This document shows positions 54,116 to 62,534 of a DNA stretch of 62,534 nucleotides, piece by piece; the stretch's first letter is position 1; each line of letters opens with the position of its first letter. This stretch comes from Candidatus Saccharimonadota bacterium. GTDB taxonomy: Bacteria; Patescibacteriota; Saccharimonadia; Saccharimonadales; Saccharimonadaceae. Location: assembly GCA_013333625.2 (NCBI GenBank), contig JABCOL020000001.1, positions 1 through 62,534 on the forward strand, read 5' to 3'. The notes beneath the pieces are model-generated. The model searched no databases and was not told the DNA's origin. It saw nothing but the letters and a program-made list of their open reading frames with translations. Position numbers and translations under genes: made by a program.

Positions 54116-56545
54116 TCACGCCACGATATTGACGAGCTTGCCTTTGACGTAAATAATCTTCTTCGGCTCAGCTGGCACGAACTTCTGGACGTTGGCGTCG
54201 GCTAGAGCTAGATCCTTGATCTGTTCTTCGCTAGCATCAGCAGCGACCTCGAGTTTCGCGCGCAGTTTGCCATTGACTTGCACGATAATAAGCAAGCTGT
54301 CGCTGGCAATTTTAGCGTTATCCCAGACAGGCCAAGCGGCAAAATCGAGCTGCGAAGTCTCGCCTAGCTGCTGCCACAATTCGGCAGCCATATGCGGCGC
54401 GAATGGCTGCACTAGCTGCACTAGCGTTTTGAGATGCGGGCGCCAATCTTCGCTGTAGCCCGCCACTTTCAATTTGTACAAATCATTCACGCATTCCATC
54501 AGCGCAGCAATCGCCGTATTGAAGCTAAGCCGATGAATGTCATCGGTGACTTTTTTGGTAGTAGAATTAATAATGGTATCAAGCTTCTGAGCATCAGACG
54601 TGCCAGTTTTGTCGCTGTCATCAAATTCTTGCACTAGCGTCCACAAGCGATTAAGAAAACGATAAACACCAGCAATGCCGCGGCTGTTCCAACTAGAGTT
54701 TTCGTTGATCGGCCCCAAGAAAAGCTCAAACGTACGCAGGGCGTCAGCGCCATAGCCAGCGTTGATGACTTCGAGCGGATCAACGACATTGCCGAGACTT
54801 TTGCTCATTTTGCGGCCGTCCTCGGCTTGAATCAAACCATGGTAAGCCAGCTTTTTTACTGGTTCGGCAAAATCTGTCAGCCCAAGCTCGCGAAAGACAT
54901 GCGTCCAAAAGCGCACATACAGCAAATGGGCCGTCGCGTGATCGCCGCCAACATACATATCGAGCGGCGCCCAGTAATTTGCCTTGTCTGGCGCCCAGGC
55001 CTGCTGCGTATTATGCGGATCGGTATACCGCAGCAGATACCAGCTACTGCAAGCGTAACCGTCCATCGTGTCGGTCTCGCGCCGAGCTGGAGAGCCGCAA
55101 ACTGGACAAGTCGTCTGCACCCAGTCTTCTTGCGCCGCCAAGACTGATTTGCCATCGCCGCGCGGCTGGAAATCATCGACGTCTGGCAGTAATACTGGCA
55201 AATCACTTTCCGGGACTGGCACTGCGCCGTGCTCCGGACAATAAATAATTGGAATCGGCGCACCCCAATAGCGCTGGCGGCTGATCAGCCAATCGCGCAT
55301 TTTGTAAGTAATTTGCGACTTGCCTTTACCCTCTTGCTCGAGCCAAGCGACAATTTGCTCGCGGGCATCCTCGCTGCGCGTACCATCAAAAGCACCAGAA
55401 TTCACCAAAACCCCTTCACCGTGATAGCAAGCGTCAGTGTCAATGTCATCCTCAGGTCTCTCTATCACCTCAACGACTGGCAGCTCGAATTTTTCAGCAA
55501 AAGCAAAGTCGCGGTCGTCATGCGCTGGCACGCCCATCACCGCACCAGTGCCATAGCCCCCCAGAACATAATCAGCAATCCAAATTGGAATCTTTTGGCC
55601 AGTCGCCGGGTTGATAGCATAGCTGCCGCTAAAAACACCTGTTTTTTCTTTGGTGTCGTTGCTGCGTTCAATCTCTGATTTCTTGACGGCATCATTAATA
55701 TAGTTCTCGACTAATTCGTGCGTTTCATCGGTCAGCAGCGTGCGTGCCAATGGATGCTCGGGCGCTAACACCAGAAAGGTTGCGCCAAAGATCGTATCAG
55801 GACGCGTTGAGAAAACGGTTATCGTATCATCGCTGCCATCAACTTGAAAAGTAATCTCAGCGCCTTCGCTTTTGCCAATCCAGTTGGTCTGCGCAATTTT
55901 GATTTTGTCTGGCCAATCCATCTCTGGCAGCTCGGCAAGTAGCTGATCGGCATAAGCAGTAATCCGGAAGAACCATTGTTTCATCGACTTTTTGACAACG
56001 ACCGAGTCGCAGCGCCAACATTTGCCGTCAATCACCTGTTCGTTGGCGAGAACCGTCTTGTCTTTTGGACACCACCATTGCAGCGATTCTTTTTGATAGG
56101 CTAAATCCTTTTCAAACAGCTTAGTAAATATCCACTGCGTCCACTTGTAATATTCTGGGTCGCTGGTATTGATTTCGCGCGACCAATCGATGCTAGCACC
56201 GACACTGCGCAATTGTTTTTTGAAATTAGCAATATTGTCAGCGGTAGTTTCTCGAGGTTTGCGGCCAGTTTTGATAGCGTAATTCTCGGCCGGCAAGCCA
56301 AAGCTATCCCAGCCAATCGGATACATTACGTTGTAACCGAGCGCCCGGCGAAAACGCGCCACCGCGTCGACAATAGAGTGCTCCATAAAGTGACCGGTAT
56401 GCATGCCGGCGCCGCTTGGATACGGAAACATGCCCGTCACATAGTATTTTGGCTTGGCGCTTGACTCGTTCGTATGATAGCGCTGGTCATCCGCCCAGAT
56501 TTGCTGCCATTTCGGCTCAATTTCAGAAGGGTTATAGTGTCTCAT
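54116..56545 (-). CDS. leuS: Leucine--tRNA ligase
   Basis: MFPYPSG..HTGH, GWDSFGLPAEN, STRPDT, KMSKS, VQVNGKLR. Confidence 0.97.
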   Translation of the reverse strand: MRHYNPSEIEPKWQQIWADDQRYHTNESSAKPKYYVTGMFPYPSGAGMHTGHFMEHSIVDAVARFRRALGYNVMYPIGWDSFGLPAENYAIKTGRKPRETTADNIANFKKQLRSVGASIDWSREINTSDPEYYKWTQWIFTKLFEKDLAYQKESLQWWCPKDKTVLANEQVIDGKCWRCDSVVVKKSMKQWFFRITAYADQLLAELPEMDWPDKIKIAQTNWIGKSEGAEITFQVDGSDDTITVFSTRPDTIFGATFLVLAPEHPLARTLLTDETHELVENYINDAVKKSEIERSNDTKEKTGVFSGSYAINPATGQKIPIWIADYVLGGYGTGAVMGVPAHDDRDFAFAEKFELPVVEVIERPEDDIDTDACYHGEGVLVNSGAFDGTRSEDAREQIVAWLEQEGKGKSQITYKMRDWLISRQRYWGAPIPIIYCPEHGAVPVPESDLPVLLPDVDDFQPRGDGKSVLAAQEDWVQTTCPVCGSPARRETDTMDGYACSSWYLLRYTDPHNTQQAWAPDKANYWAPLDMYVGGDHATAHLLYVRFWTHVFRELGLTDFAEPVKKLAYHGLIQAEDGRKMSKSLGNVVDPLEVINAGYGADALRTFELFLGPINENSSWNSRGIAGVYRFLNRLWTLVQEFDDSDKTGTSDAQKLDTIINSTTKKVTDDIHRLSFNTAIAALMECVNDLYKLKVAGYSEDWRPHLKTLVQLVQPFAPHMAAELWQQLGETSQLDFAAWPVWDNAKIASDSLLIIVQVNGKLRAKLEVAADASEEQIKDLALADANVQKFVPAEPKKIIYVKGKLVNIVA

Positions 56546-56587
56546 CAACTATCAGTATAACAGATAAAACACAGCTGGTTCTAGTAA

Positions 56588-57949
56588 TTAATCGTCGTAA
56601 TCGCCATATTCTAAGTCATTATCAGTATCAACGGTTGGCGCAGATAAATAACTACCGCCGGCTACCGACTGAAAAGATTGGCTGATTGTCCTTGCCCACT
56701 CTTCAGCGCTTATGGCGTCGCTTGGAACAGCGACCTGCGAACCTTTGCTAAAATCAATAATTGTCTTGGCGCTAACATTGTAGTTTTTGTCGGAACGGCT
56801 ATCGGTCTTAAGGTTAGCGGCCTTAACGTCAACGCCGCGCAGTTCATGCGACCATTGCGACACCCAAACGGTCATGGTAGCGTCAGCTTTTGATTTGGCT
56901 TTTTTGGCAGACTTGTAAGTATCAGACGACGAAGACGAAACGTTCGGCGCGCAAGATTCAACGCTTTTAGCGAAAGAGGTTTCTCGAAAATCCTTCCAGA
57001 AAGCCTCTGCTTTGTCGTCATCAACTGATACGTCGTAGCCAAAATTACCATTTTGCGATTTAACTTCTTTGTCGATAATTATAAATGGATGTTTTTTGTA
57101 AACGCTGGAAATTTGATGCTTAGCTTTGTCGTCTTTGGAGTATTTTTTGTAAGCATCAATCACACACTGCAGCTGATCGGCTGATTTTTTATCCTGTTTG
57201 CGAAAATCAGCTAGCGAATATTTTGCCCATTTGCCGTCAATCTTTTTCAGATGTTTTTCAGCCTGAGCTGGCAGCTTTTGATGTAATATAGACAACGTCT
57301 CCTTGATGCTTGATACGATATTATCCTTGAAATAGACCGTGCCGTTGTCAGTTACCAAACCGCTAGCCTTGAGAGACAGCTCCTTGCCATTCACCTCTAG
57401 AACTAACTCGGCATTTGCGTCAAATTTCGGCGTATTTTCAGCGCCTGTATCAAATGTAAATCTCTTGAACTTAATTTTCACGCCGTCGGCTTCATAGGAA
57501 AAGTTTGAGTTCACGGTAGTTTTAGTCGAGACTTTGGTAGCCAGCGGCAATTTACTAACCGCATCAAGCAAGACGTTTTCTGGCTTCTGATAAAACGCAT
57601 AGGCAGTAGCGCCAGCAATCGCCAGCAGCACAACTAATACTGCAGCGCAAATAGCAATAATCAAGCCTGCTTTAGACTTTCGCTGGCCCATCGCCATCTG
57701 CGGCGGCAACGCCGGCTGAGCTATAGGTTGAGCCATGGTCTGGTTGGCGATAACCGGAGCGGCGGCTGGCTGTTCTGCTACAGCATTGGATTTTGCAGCG
57801 GATTGTTCGGCGGGCGCTGGCGCTGATGCTGTCGTGCTTGTTGAAACTTTAGCTTTTTTACTAGTCTCGGTTTTGGTCTTGGTTTTGGGCTTGTCAGAAA
57901 CCCTCTTTTTAGTGGTTTTCGGCTTCTTTGGCGCACCGTCTTGTTTCAT
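56588..57949 (-). CDS. Single-pass membrane protein with Lys/Thr- and Ala/Pro/Gln-rich N-terminus
   Basis: Low-complexity N-terminus, one TM, about 330-aa domain after it. Confidence 0.75.
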   Translation of the reverse strand: MKQDGAPKKPKTTKKRVSDKPKTKTKTETSKKAKVSTSTTASAPAPAEQSAAKSNAVAEQPAAAPVIANQTMAQPIAQPALPPQMAMGQRKSKAGLIIAICAAVLVVLLAIAGATAYAFYQKPENVLLDAVSKLPLATKVSTKTTVNSNFSYEADGVKIKFKRFTFDTGAENTPKFDANAELVLEVNGKELSLKASGLVTDNGTVYFKDNIVSSIKETLSILHQKLPAQAEKHLKKIDGKWAKYSLADFRKQDKKSADQLQCVIDAYKKYSKDDKAKHQISSVYKKHPFIIIDKEVKSQNGNFGYDVSVDDDKAEAFWKDFRETSFAKSVESCAPNVSSSSSDTYKSAKKAKSKADATMTVWVSQWSHELRGVDVKAANLKTDSRSDKNYNVSAKTIIDFSKGSQVAVPSDAISAEEWARTISQSFQSVAGGSYLSAPTVDTDNDLEYGDYDD

Positions 57950-57997
57950 TGCTAGCTTACTCCTTTACTCCTTAAATTAAACCTATTATACACACGA

Positions 57998-59272
57998 TTA
58001 AAATTGCTGGAAATATTTGTCTTTGATAGCTAGCCATTTATCGCTTTGGCGGACTAATTCAGCGTCCTCGGTCATGTCGCAGAGCACCTTAACACATTCT
58101 TCGAGGAATATTTCGTTCTGCGAACCTTTGACCAGCACTACCGTCCCCGGCTCGATTATCGAACGGACGAACTCGCCTGCTTCGATAGCGTTGCGCGCCA
58201 CATGAACTTGGCAGCCTGTCGAACGGGCCGCTGGTGCTAAGTATTGCGTCGCCGCCACGCCGACGACTACCACCCACGACAAAAGATTCGGATCGCACAT
58301 GCGACCGAGCTTCTCGTGCTCGGCCTGGCTGCTGCCGCCAAGCTCTAGCATATCGCCAAAAACAGCCACACGACTCGGTACATCCGTGAACTCGTATAGA
58401 GTTCGCAGCGCCGCCTGAGCCGCTGCCGGGCTAGAATTATAAGTGTCGTCTATAATAGTCACGCCGCCAATGCCGCGCAGCAGATTCATCCGCCCTGGCA
58501 CTGGCTTGAGGAGCGACAGTCCGCGTATAATGTCTTCCACTGGCAGCCCGAGCATCATTGCCGCGCCAACTGCACCCATGATCGGGCGCAAGCTATGCTC
58601 GCCCACTACTTTAATAGTAGCGGGGAAACGAATATCGTTAGGAGCAATAACCGTGCCGCTGTAACCGTTTTCATCAAGCTGTTGCTGCTCAAAACGAAAC
58701 TCTGCTAGCCCAGTCGTGCCGTAAGTACTAAAGTTTGCCGACTCCAAGAAATCTGCGAATCGCCCGTCGATATCATCGCGATTAATCAGCGTATACTCAG
58801 AAAATTTAGCGACAAATAGCTCTTCTTGAGCCACGTGTTCAATTGAACCAAAAAATTCCATATGTTCAGGTGTTATCGCCGTAACCAGTGCAATATTCGG
58901 CCGCAAGTAAGTGCCGAAATCCATCATCTCGCCTGGATGGTCAACGCCTAACTCTTGGATGATGACATCGACATCCGCCGGACTATAGACGCGGCGATGC
59001 GCTGCCCTAAAAACACCTAGCCACGCCAACGGGCTATGCAGTTTCTCTGGCAAGTTAATGCCGAGAATCGCCAATGGCGCCGACACTTCTGAATTATGAT
59101 TACCCTCGTGCATGCGGACGCGAAAACGCTGCGATAACAACCTGCCGAGAGCACGCTTGGTGCTAGTTTTGCCAACACTGCCAGCAACAACTATCAATCT
59201 GACATGCGGATGCAGCTCAAAGTACTTAACGACATACTTTTGAAGCTTCTTCTTGATATACTTTTTGAACAT
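57998..59272 (-). CDS. murF: Mur ligase, MurF-like
   Basis: AGSVGKTS, GNHNSE, IDDTYNSSP, GDMLELG, VLVKGS. Confidence 0.85.
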   Translation of the reverse strand: MFKKYIKKKLQKYVVKYFELHPHVRLIVVAGSVGKTSTKRALGRLLSQRFRVRMHEGNHNSEVSAPLAILGINLPEKLHSPLAWLGVFRAAHRRVYSPADVDVIIQELGVDHPGEMMDFGTYLRPNIALVTAITPEHMEFFGSIEHVAQEELFVAKFSEYTLINRDDIDGRFADFLESANFSTYGTTGLAEFRFEQQQLDENGYSGTVIAPNDIRFPATIKVVGEHSLRPIMGAVGAAMMLGLPVEDIIRGLSLLKPVPGRMNLLRGIGGVTIIDDTYNSSPAAAQAALRTLYEFTDVPSRVAVFGDMLELGGSSQAEHEKLGRMCDPNLLSWVVVVGVAATQYLAPAARSTGCQVHVARNAIEAGEFVRSIIEPGTVVLVKGSQNEIFLEECVKVLCDMTEDAELVRQSDKWLAIKDKYFQQF

Positions 59273-59317
59273 AATTCTATCATACCGTATACGGTTAAGA
59301 AATTGAAATGTGCGCCG

Positions 59318-59935
59318 TCATTCTAGCAGTCCAAAACCGCGAATCGGTCCATCGCGGCTGAGATCCGACTGTTGAATGTTAATCACGCCGCCCTCGTTAC
59401 CGCCAATAGTCGTCACCTTGCCGTTGTCGTATTTGAGCACAAAGTTTACATGCTCGCCATGACGACTGGCGTTATCGTACATAATAGCGTCGCCAGGCTG
59501 CAACTGGTAGCCGCTATTTGCGGCGCGGAACTTACCAGCGTTACGATAATACGTCTCGAGACTGCGCACACCTGGGATACGCCAACCGCCACTATGCGGA
59601 TTAGTTAGCGGCGCGCCAGCTTGGCGGCTGACCCAACTAACAAAATTTGCGCACCAATCCTGCTTCTCGCCCTGGCTATAAAACGGGCCAGGCTGCGGAT
59701 TATCGTATTGTTGGCGAAGTATATTTACAGCGCGAGCACGCAGCGGCGACAGCTTATCTACCTGAATATCAGGGAATTTTTCACGAGCTGGTTGCAATTT
59801 AACGGCAGTATAGCCACCCGATGAACGAAACGTAAAGTAGGTCGCTATGCACACCAAGACAATTACCGCTACCAAGACTACACCGAAAATTATCGGCCCG
59901 CGCCAAGATACTTGCTTTCGCTGAATACTTCTCAT
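59318..59935 (-). CDS. Membrane-anchored CHAP-domain peptidoglycan hydrolase
   Basis: N-terminal TM; WCANFVSW, PGD, HVNFV, IGGN. Confidence 0.85.
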   Translation of the reverse strand: MRSIQRKQVSWRGPIIFGVVLVAVIVLVCIATYFTFRSSGGYTAVKLQPAREKFPDIQVDKLSPLRARAVNILRQQYDNPQPGPFYSQGEKQDWCANFVSWVSRQAGAPLTNPHSGGWRIPGVRSLETYYRNAGKFRAANSGYQLQPGDAIMYDNASRHGEHVNFVLKYDNGKVTTIGGNEGGVINIQQSDLSRDGPIRGFGLLE

Positions 59936-59968
59936 TAAAAATTATTATACCTGCTTTCTAGCCTAAAG

Positions 59969-59998
59969 AAAAACACTCTCCGGCGGGGAGAGTATTTT
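59969..59998 (-). terminator. Terminator downstream of tRNA-Phe
   Basis: ACTCTCC/GGAGAGT stem flanked by A/T tracts. Confidence 0.65.
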
Positions 59999-60000
59999 AC

Positions 60001-60076
60001 TGGTGGCTCCTACTAGACTCGAACTAGTGACACAAGGCTCTTCAGGCCTCTGCTCTACCAACTGAGCTAAAGAGCC
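60001..60076 (-). tRNA. tRNA-Phe (anticodon GAA), CCA encoded
   Basis: TAGCTCAGTTGGTAGAGC D-arm, CTGAAGA anticodon loop, GTTCGAGTC T-loop, ACCA end. Confidence 0.95.
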
Positions 60077-60163
60077 ACAAATTTACCTTATGATTGTACT
60101 AAAAATCTGGCGAGCTGGCAAGGAAAAAGCCAAGGCTCCTTGGAATTTATCCGCGCGCCGTTA

Positions 60164-60649
60164 TTATTTATTATGGCGGTGATACTGATGAGTCAGCGCG
60201 TGACCCTTGCCGCGGCGCAATAAATATAAATTAACAGGGTACGACACTAGGAACGCGGCAGTCATGCATAGCAGCCGGCTTGTCCAATACATCGGATGAG
60301 TGAGGTCTTTGTTCATGGCGCCTGGCACGATCAGCATGATGACATTGTCAACGATGGTCATCGACAGAATTGATAACGTATCGGCAGCGAAAACCAATTT
60401 GAAGGCTTTGATGAACGATAGCTTAGCGCTTATCAGCGGGATAGTTGATACAGTATAGCCAGACGTAAATGCCAAAACCGATGCCAAAATTACCGTGGCG
60501 TGCGGTGTAAATCCAGCGTGCGTGCCGATGGTGACGCCTAGCATTTCGCCGATCATGCAGCCCGCCAAACAGTGCAAGGTCGCTGCTAATGCCATGCGTT
60601 TGGTTGAAGTTTTTGTGTTGCAGTGAGAATGAGATTCGTGGTGCATCAT
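60164..60649 (-). CDS. DUF4396-like membrane protein with His-rich termini
   Basis: ATLHCLAGCMIGE, YPVNLYLLRRGKGH; N-terminal HHESHSHC. Confidence 0.85.
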   Translation of the reverse strand: MMHHESHSHCNTKTSTKRMALAATLHCLAGCMIGEMLGVTIGTHAGFTPHATVILASVLAFTSGYTVSTIPLISAKLSFIKAFKLVFAADTLSILSMTIVDNVIMLIVPGAMNKDLTHPMYWTSRLLCMTAAFLVSYPVNLYLLRRGKGHALTHQYHRHNK

Positions 60650-60933
60650 TTCGTCCTTATATTATTTAACTCGTAGAGATTAAGTAGCTCTTCGACGGCT
60701 TCATTTTGCTGGATTTCATCGCCCGAGGCTATTTTGTCAGCAATGTGCGTGCGCAAGTGCCGCTCCAAAATGAGCTTATTGAGCGATGCCAGCGACTTTT
60801 GCAGCGCTAGGCTTTGCGTTAAAATATCCATGCAATATGCGTCGTCGGCAATTTGCTTCTCTAGTCCACGCATTTGCCCTAAAATAATTTTTGTGCGGTG
60901 CAGAGCTCGCCGCTTGATATCTGCTGTATCCAT
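60646..60933 (-). CDS. CsoR/RcnR-family metal-sensing repressor
   Basis: GQMRGLEKQI...YCMDILTQ...ILERHLRTH. Confidence 0.9.
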   Translation of the reverse strand: MDTADIKRRALHRTKIILGQMRGLEKQIADDAYCMDILTQSLALQKSLASLNKLILERHLRTHIADKIASGDEIQQNEAVEELLNLYELNNIRTK

Positions 60934-60939
60934 AAAGTC

Positions 60940-60969
60940 ATTATATACCCCCTGGGGGTATTATGTCAA
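60940..60969 (-). promoter_or_regulatory. Promoter with CsoR/RcnR-type operator
   Basis: ATACCCCC-T-GGGGGTAT 60945-60961 between TTGACA (60969-60964) and TATAAT (60945-60940). Confidence 0.88.
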
Positions 60970-61027
60970 CCTACTTAGCACATATTCAAAGCTTGACTAA
61001 TTATAAGTATTTACTAACGTGAACAGC

Positions 61028-61699
61028 CTATTTTAGCTGAGTAGCCTTAGAATACTTCAGCGTAGTAACCAAGAAAATAATGGCTGGCGGAATGATAAAT
61101 ATCATATACGCTAGTACTGTGATCAAGGATTTTTCGGCAGGCAGCATCCACAGCGGCATGCTACCAACTGCAGGGCTGGGGTCGTTGTCCTTTGCGATAC
61201 CAAATAAACCATGCATGAATAGCATACCTACATTCAGCATCAGCATGATTGAACTTACAATTCGCCATAGCCGCAGCCTCGCTAACGGTGAATGAGCCGT
61301 CCCGAGAGTCAAGCAAAACGGTACCAAGAAAAGATTAACTATTACAGGTCCAAAAAACGGCTCGTCTTGCATGCGAGCAATAAACATCAAAAAAGCCCCG
61401 ACGAAGAAAACAATCAGGGTAATTGTTGTACTGCGCGCTAGATGAAAAACAATATTATTACTACTATTAACAAACTCTCGATGCTGCTGAATAATACCTT
61501 TAGGAGCGTCGTTGGGGTTTGTAACCGCCTCCGCCTCAGGTTCTACTGCTAACTGTTGGTTTGCCATTTGCGGTGATTGACTAGGTAACGGCTGTGCTGT
61601 TGGTGTCACTTGCGGCGACTGGTCGGGCATTGGCTGCATCGTTGGCATTGTTTGCGAAACTGGCGGCCGCAGATTCGCGTTTTGCTGGTCATTGTTCAT
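61028..61699 (-). CDS. Membrane protein (about 4 TM) with Gln/Pro-rich N-terminus
   Basis: Start MNNDQQ 6 nt after TATAAT; PTMQPMPDQSPQ low-complexity region. Confidence 0.72.
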   Translation of the reverse strand: MNNDQQNANLRPPVSQTMPTMQPMPDQSPQVTPTAQPLPSQSPQMANQQLAVEPEAEAVTNPNDAPKGIIQQHREFVNSSNNIVFHLARSTTITLIVFFVGAFLMFIARMQDEPFFGPVIVNLFLVPFCLTLGTAHSPLARLRLWRIVSSIMLMLNVGMLFMHGLFGIAKDNDPSPAVGSMPLWMLPAEKSLITVLAYMIFIIPPAIIFLVTTLKYSKATQLK

Positions 61700-61754
61700 A
61701 TGGTTATTATACCGCTTTGGTGCTAAAATATCATTATATAAACAGGAGGAATTT

Positions 61755-62498
61755 ATGGAAATAGCAATAGTAATTTTAGTCATCTTGGCTATTTATGTAC
61801 TGAGCGGCATAAAAGTAGTCAATCAATATCAGCGCGGCGTGGTGCTGACGCTCGGTAAATTTACTGGCGTGCGCGAGCCGGGTTTGCGCGTAGTGATACC
61901 GATTTTTCAAACGATGATGATGGTCGATGTGCGCTCAACACCGATTGACGTACCGAAACAAGAAGTCATCACCAAAGACAACGTCACTGTCGGCGTTGAC
62001 GCGGTAGTTTATTTCCGAGTAATTAACGCCCCAAAAGCGGTACTGGAGACGACCAACTACATTTATGCCACCAGCCAATTTGCCCAGGCTGCCCTGCGCG
62101 ACGTAACTGGTAATGTCGATATGGACGACCTGCTCGCCAAGCGCGAGGAGATCTCGCAGCAAATCAAGGAAATTGTCGATGCCGAAACCGACAAATGGGG
62201 TATCGATGTTGAGAATGTCAAAATCCAGAACATTGAACTGCCGGGCGACATGAAGCGCGCCATGGCCAAGCAAGCCGAAGCCGAGCGCGAACGCCGCGCT
62301 AACATCATCAACGCCGACGGCGAAAAAGCTGCCGCTGAAACGCTGGCGCAGGCGGCGGAGATCCTGGCGAAAACCCAAGGCGCGATTAACCTGCGCACCC
62401 TGAACACACTGGAGCGCATCTCGACCGAACCATCACAAAAGACGATGATGCTCTTCCCAATTGAACTGATTGACGCGATTCGCGGGAATAAAAAGTAA
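61755..62498 (+). CDS. SPFH/stomatin (slipin) family protein
   Basis: YQRGVVLTLGK, QEVITKDNV, AMAKQAEAERERRA; GGAGG RBS. Confidence 0.93.
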   Translation: MEIAIVILVILAIYVLSGIKVVNQYQRGVVLTLGKFTGVREPGLRVVIPIFQTMMMVDVRSTPIDVPKQEVITKDNVTVGVDAVVYFRVINAPKAVLETTNYIYATSQFAQAALRDVTGNVDMDDLLAKREEISQQIKEIVDAETDKWGIDVENVKIQNIELPGDMKRAMAKQAEAERERRANIINADGEKAAAETLAQAAEILAKTQGAINLRTLNTLERISTEPSQKTMMLFPIELIDAIRGNKK

Positions 62499-62507
62499 GG
62501 AATAACC

Positions 62508-62534
62508 ATGAGCGAACAAAACCGTACCGAAGAA
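62508..62534 (+). CDS. Start of a CDS truncated by the window end (MSEQNRTEE...)
   Basis: AAGGA RBS then ATG 62508. Confidence 0.45.

Noticed and set aside
1..62534. CRISPR array, prophage or transposon
   Set aside because: No regularly spaced direct repeats and no cas, phage structural or transposase motifs.
1..62534. UGA-to-Gly recoding (genetic code 25)
   Set aside because: Long genes translate intact in code 11 and TGA ends leuS, rpiB and others.

Overview
Chromosomal segment of a reduced-genome bacterium, most likely Candidatus Saccharibacteria (TM7, Patescibacteria/CPR). This is inferred from gene content (gatCAB, split transketolase, DUF5665/DUF5684-type proteins, no biosynthetic operons) and standard-code TGA stops. 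Most genes are on the minus strand: dnaE, galU, gatCAB, uvrB, a pentose-phosphate/glycolysis cluster, ppa, trxB, pheT/pheS, hisS, trmD, khpA, rpsP, rnc, nusB, rpmF, leuS, a murF-like ligase, tRNA-Gln(CUG), tRNA-Phe(GAA) and a CsoR/RcnR metal module. No CRISPR array, transposase or integrase is visible. The main discovery is a dispersed family of plus-strand expression cassettes: three clear copies (~35-690, ~49311-49700, ~51078-51570) and one divergent candidate (~41053-41390). Each clear copy has a shared sigma70-type promoter, a bulged 5' RNA hairpin with an AAG(U) loop, a strong Shine-Dalgarno, a short ORF unrelated to the other copies, and a conserved G.U-rich 3' RNA structure. The cargo ORFs use high-GC, Actinobacteria-like codons (hand count over four ORFs: Lys 15/16 AAG, Gln 10/10 CAG, no TTA/CTA), while many resident genes look leaderless. 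One speculative reading is that these mRNAs are built for translation in the actinobacterial host. Other points: a GAPDH homologue lacking catalytic residues, a membrane protein with an HEPN-like motif inside gatCAB, two candidate structured RNAs, and a possibly phase-variable (TATTC)4 promoter. All assignments are from manual motif reading; no searches were run.
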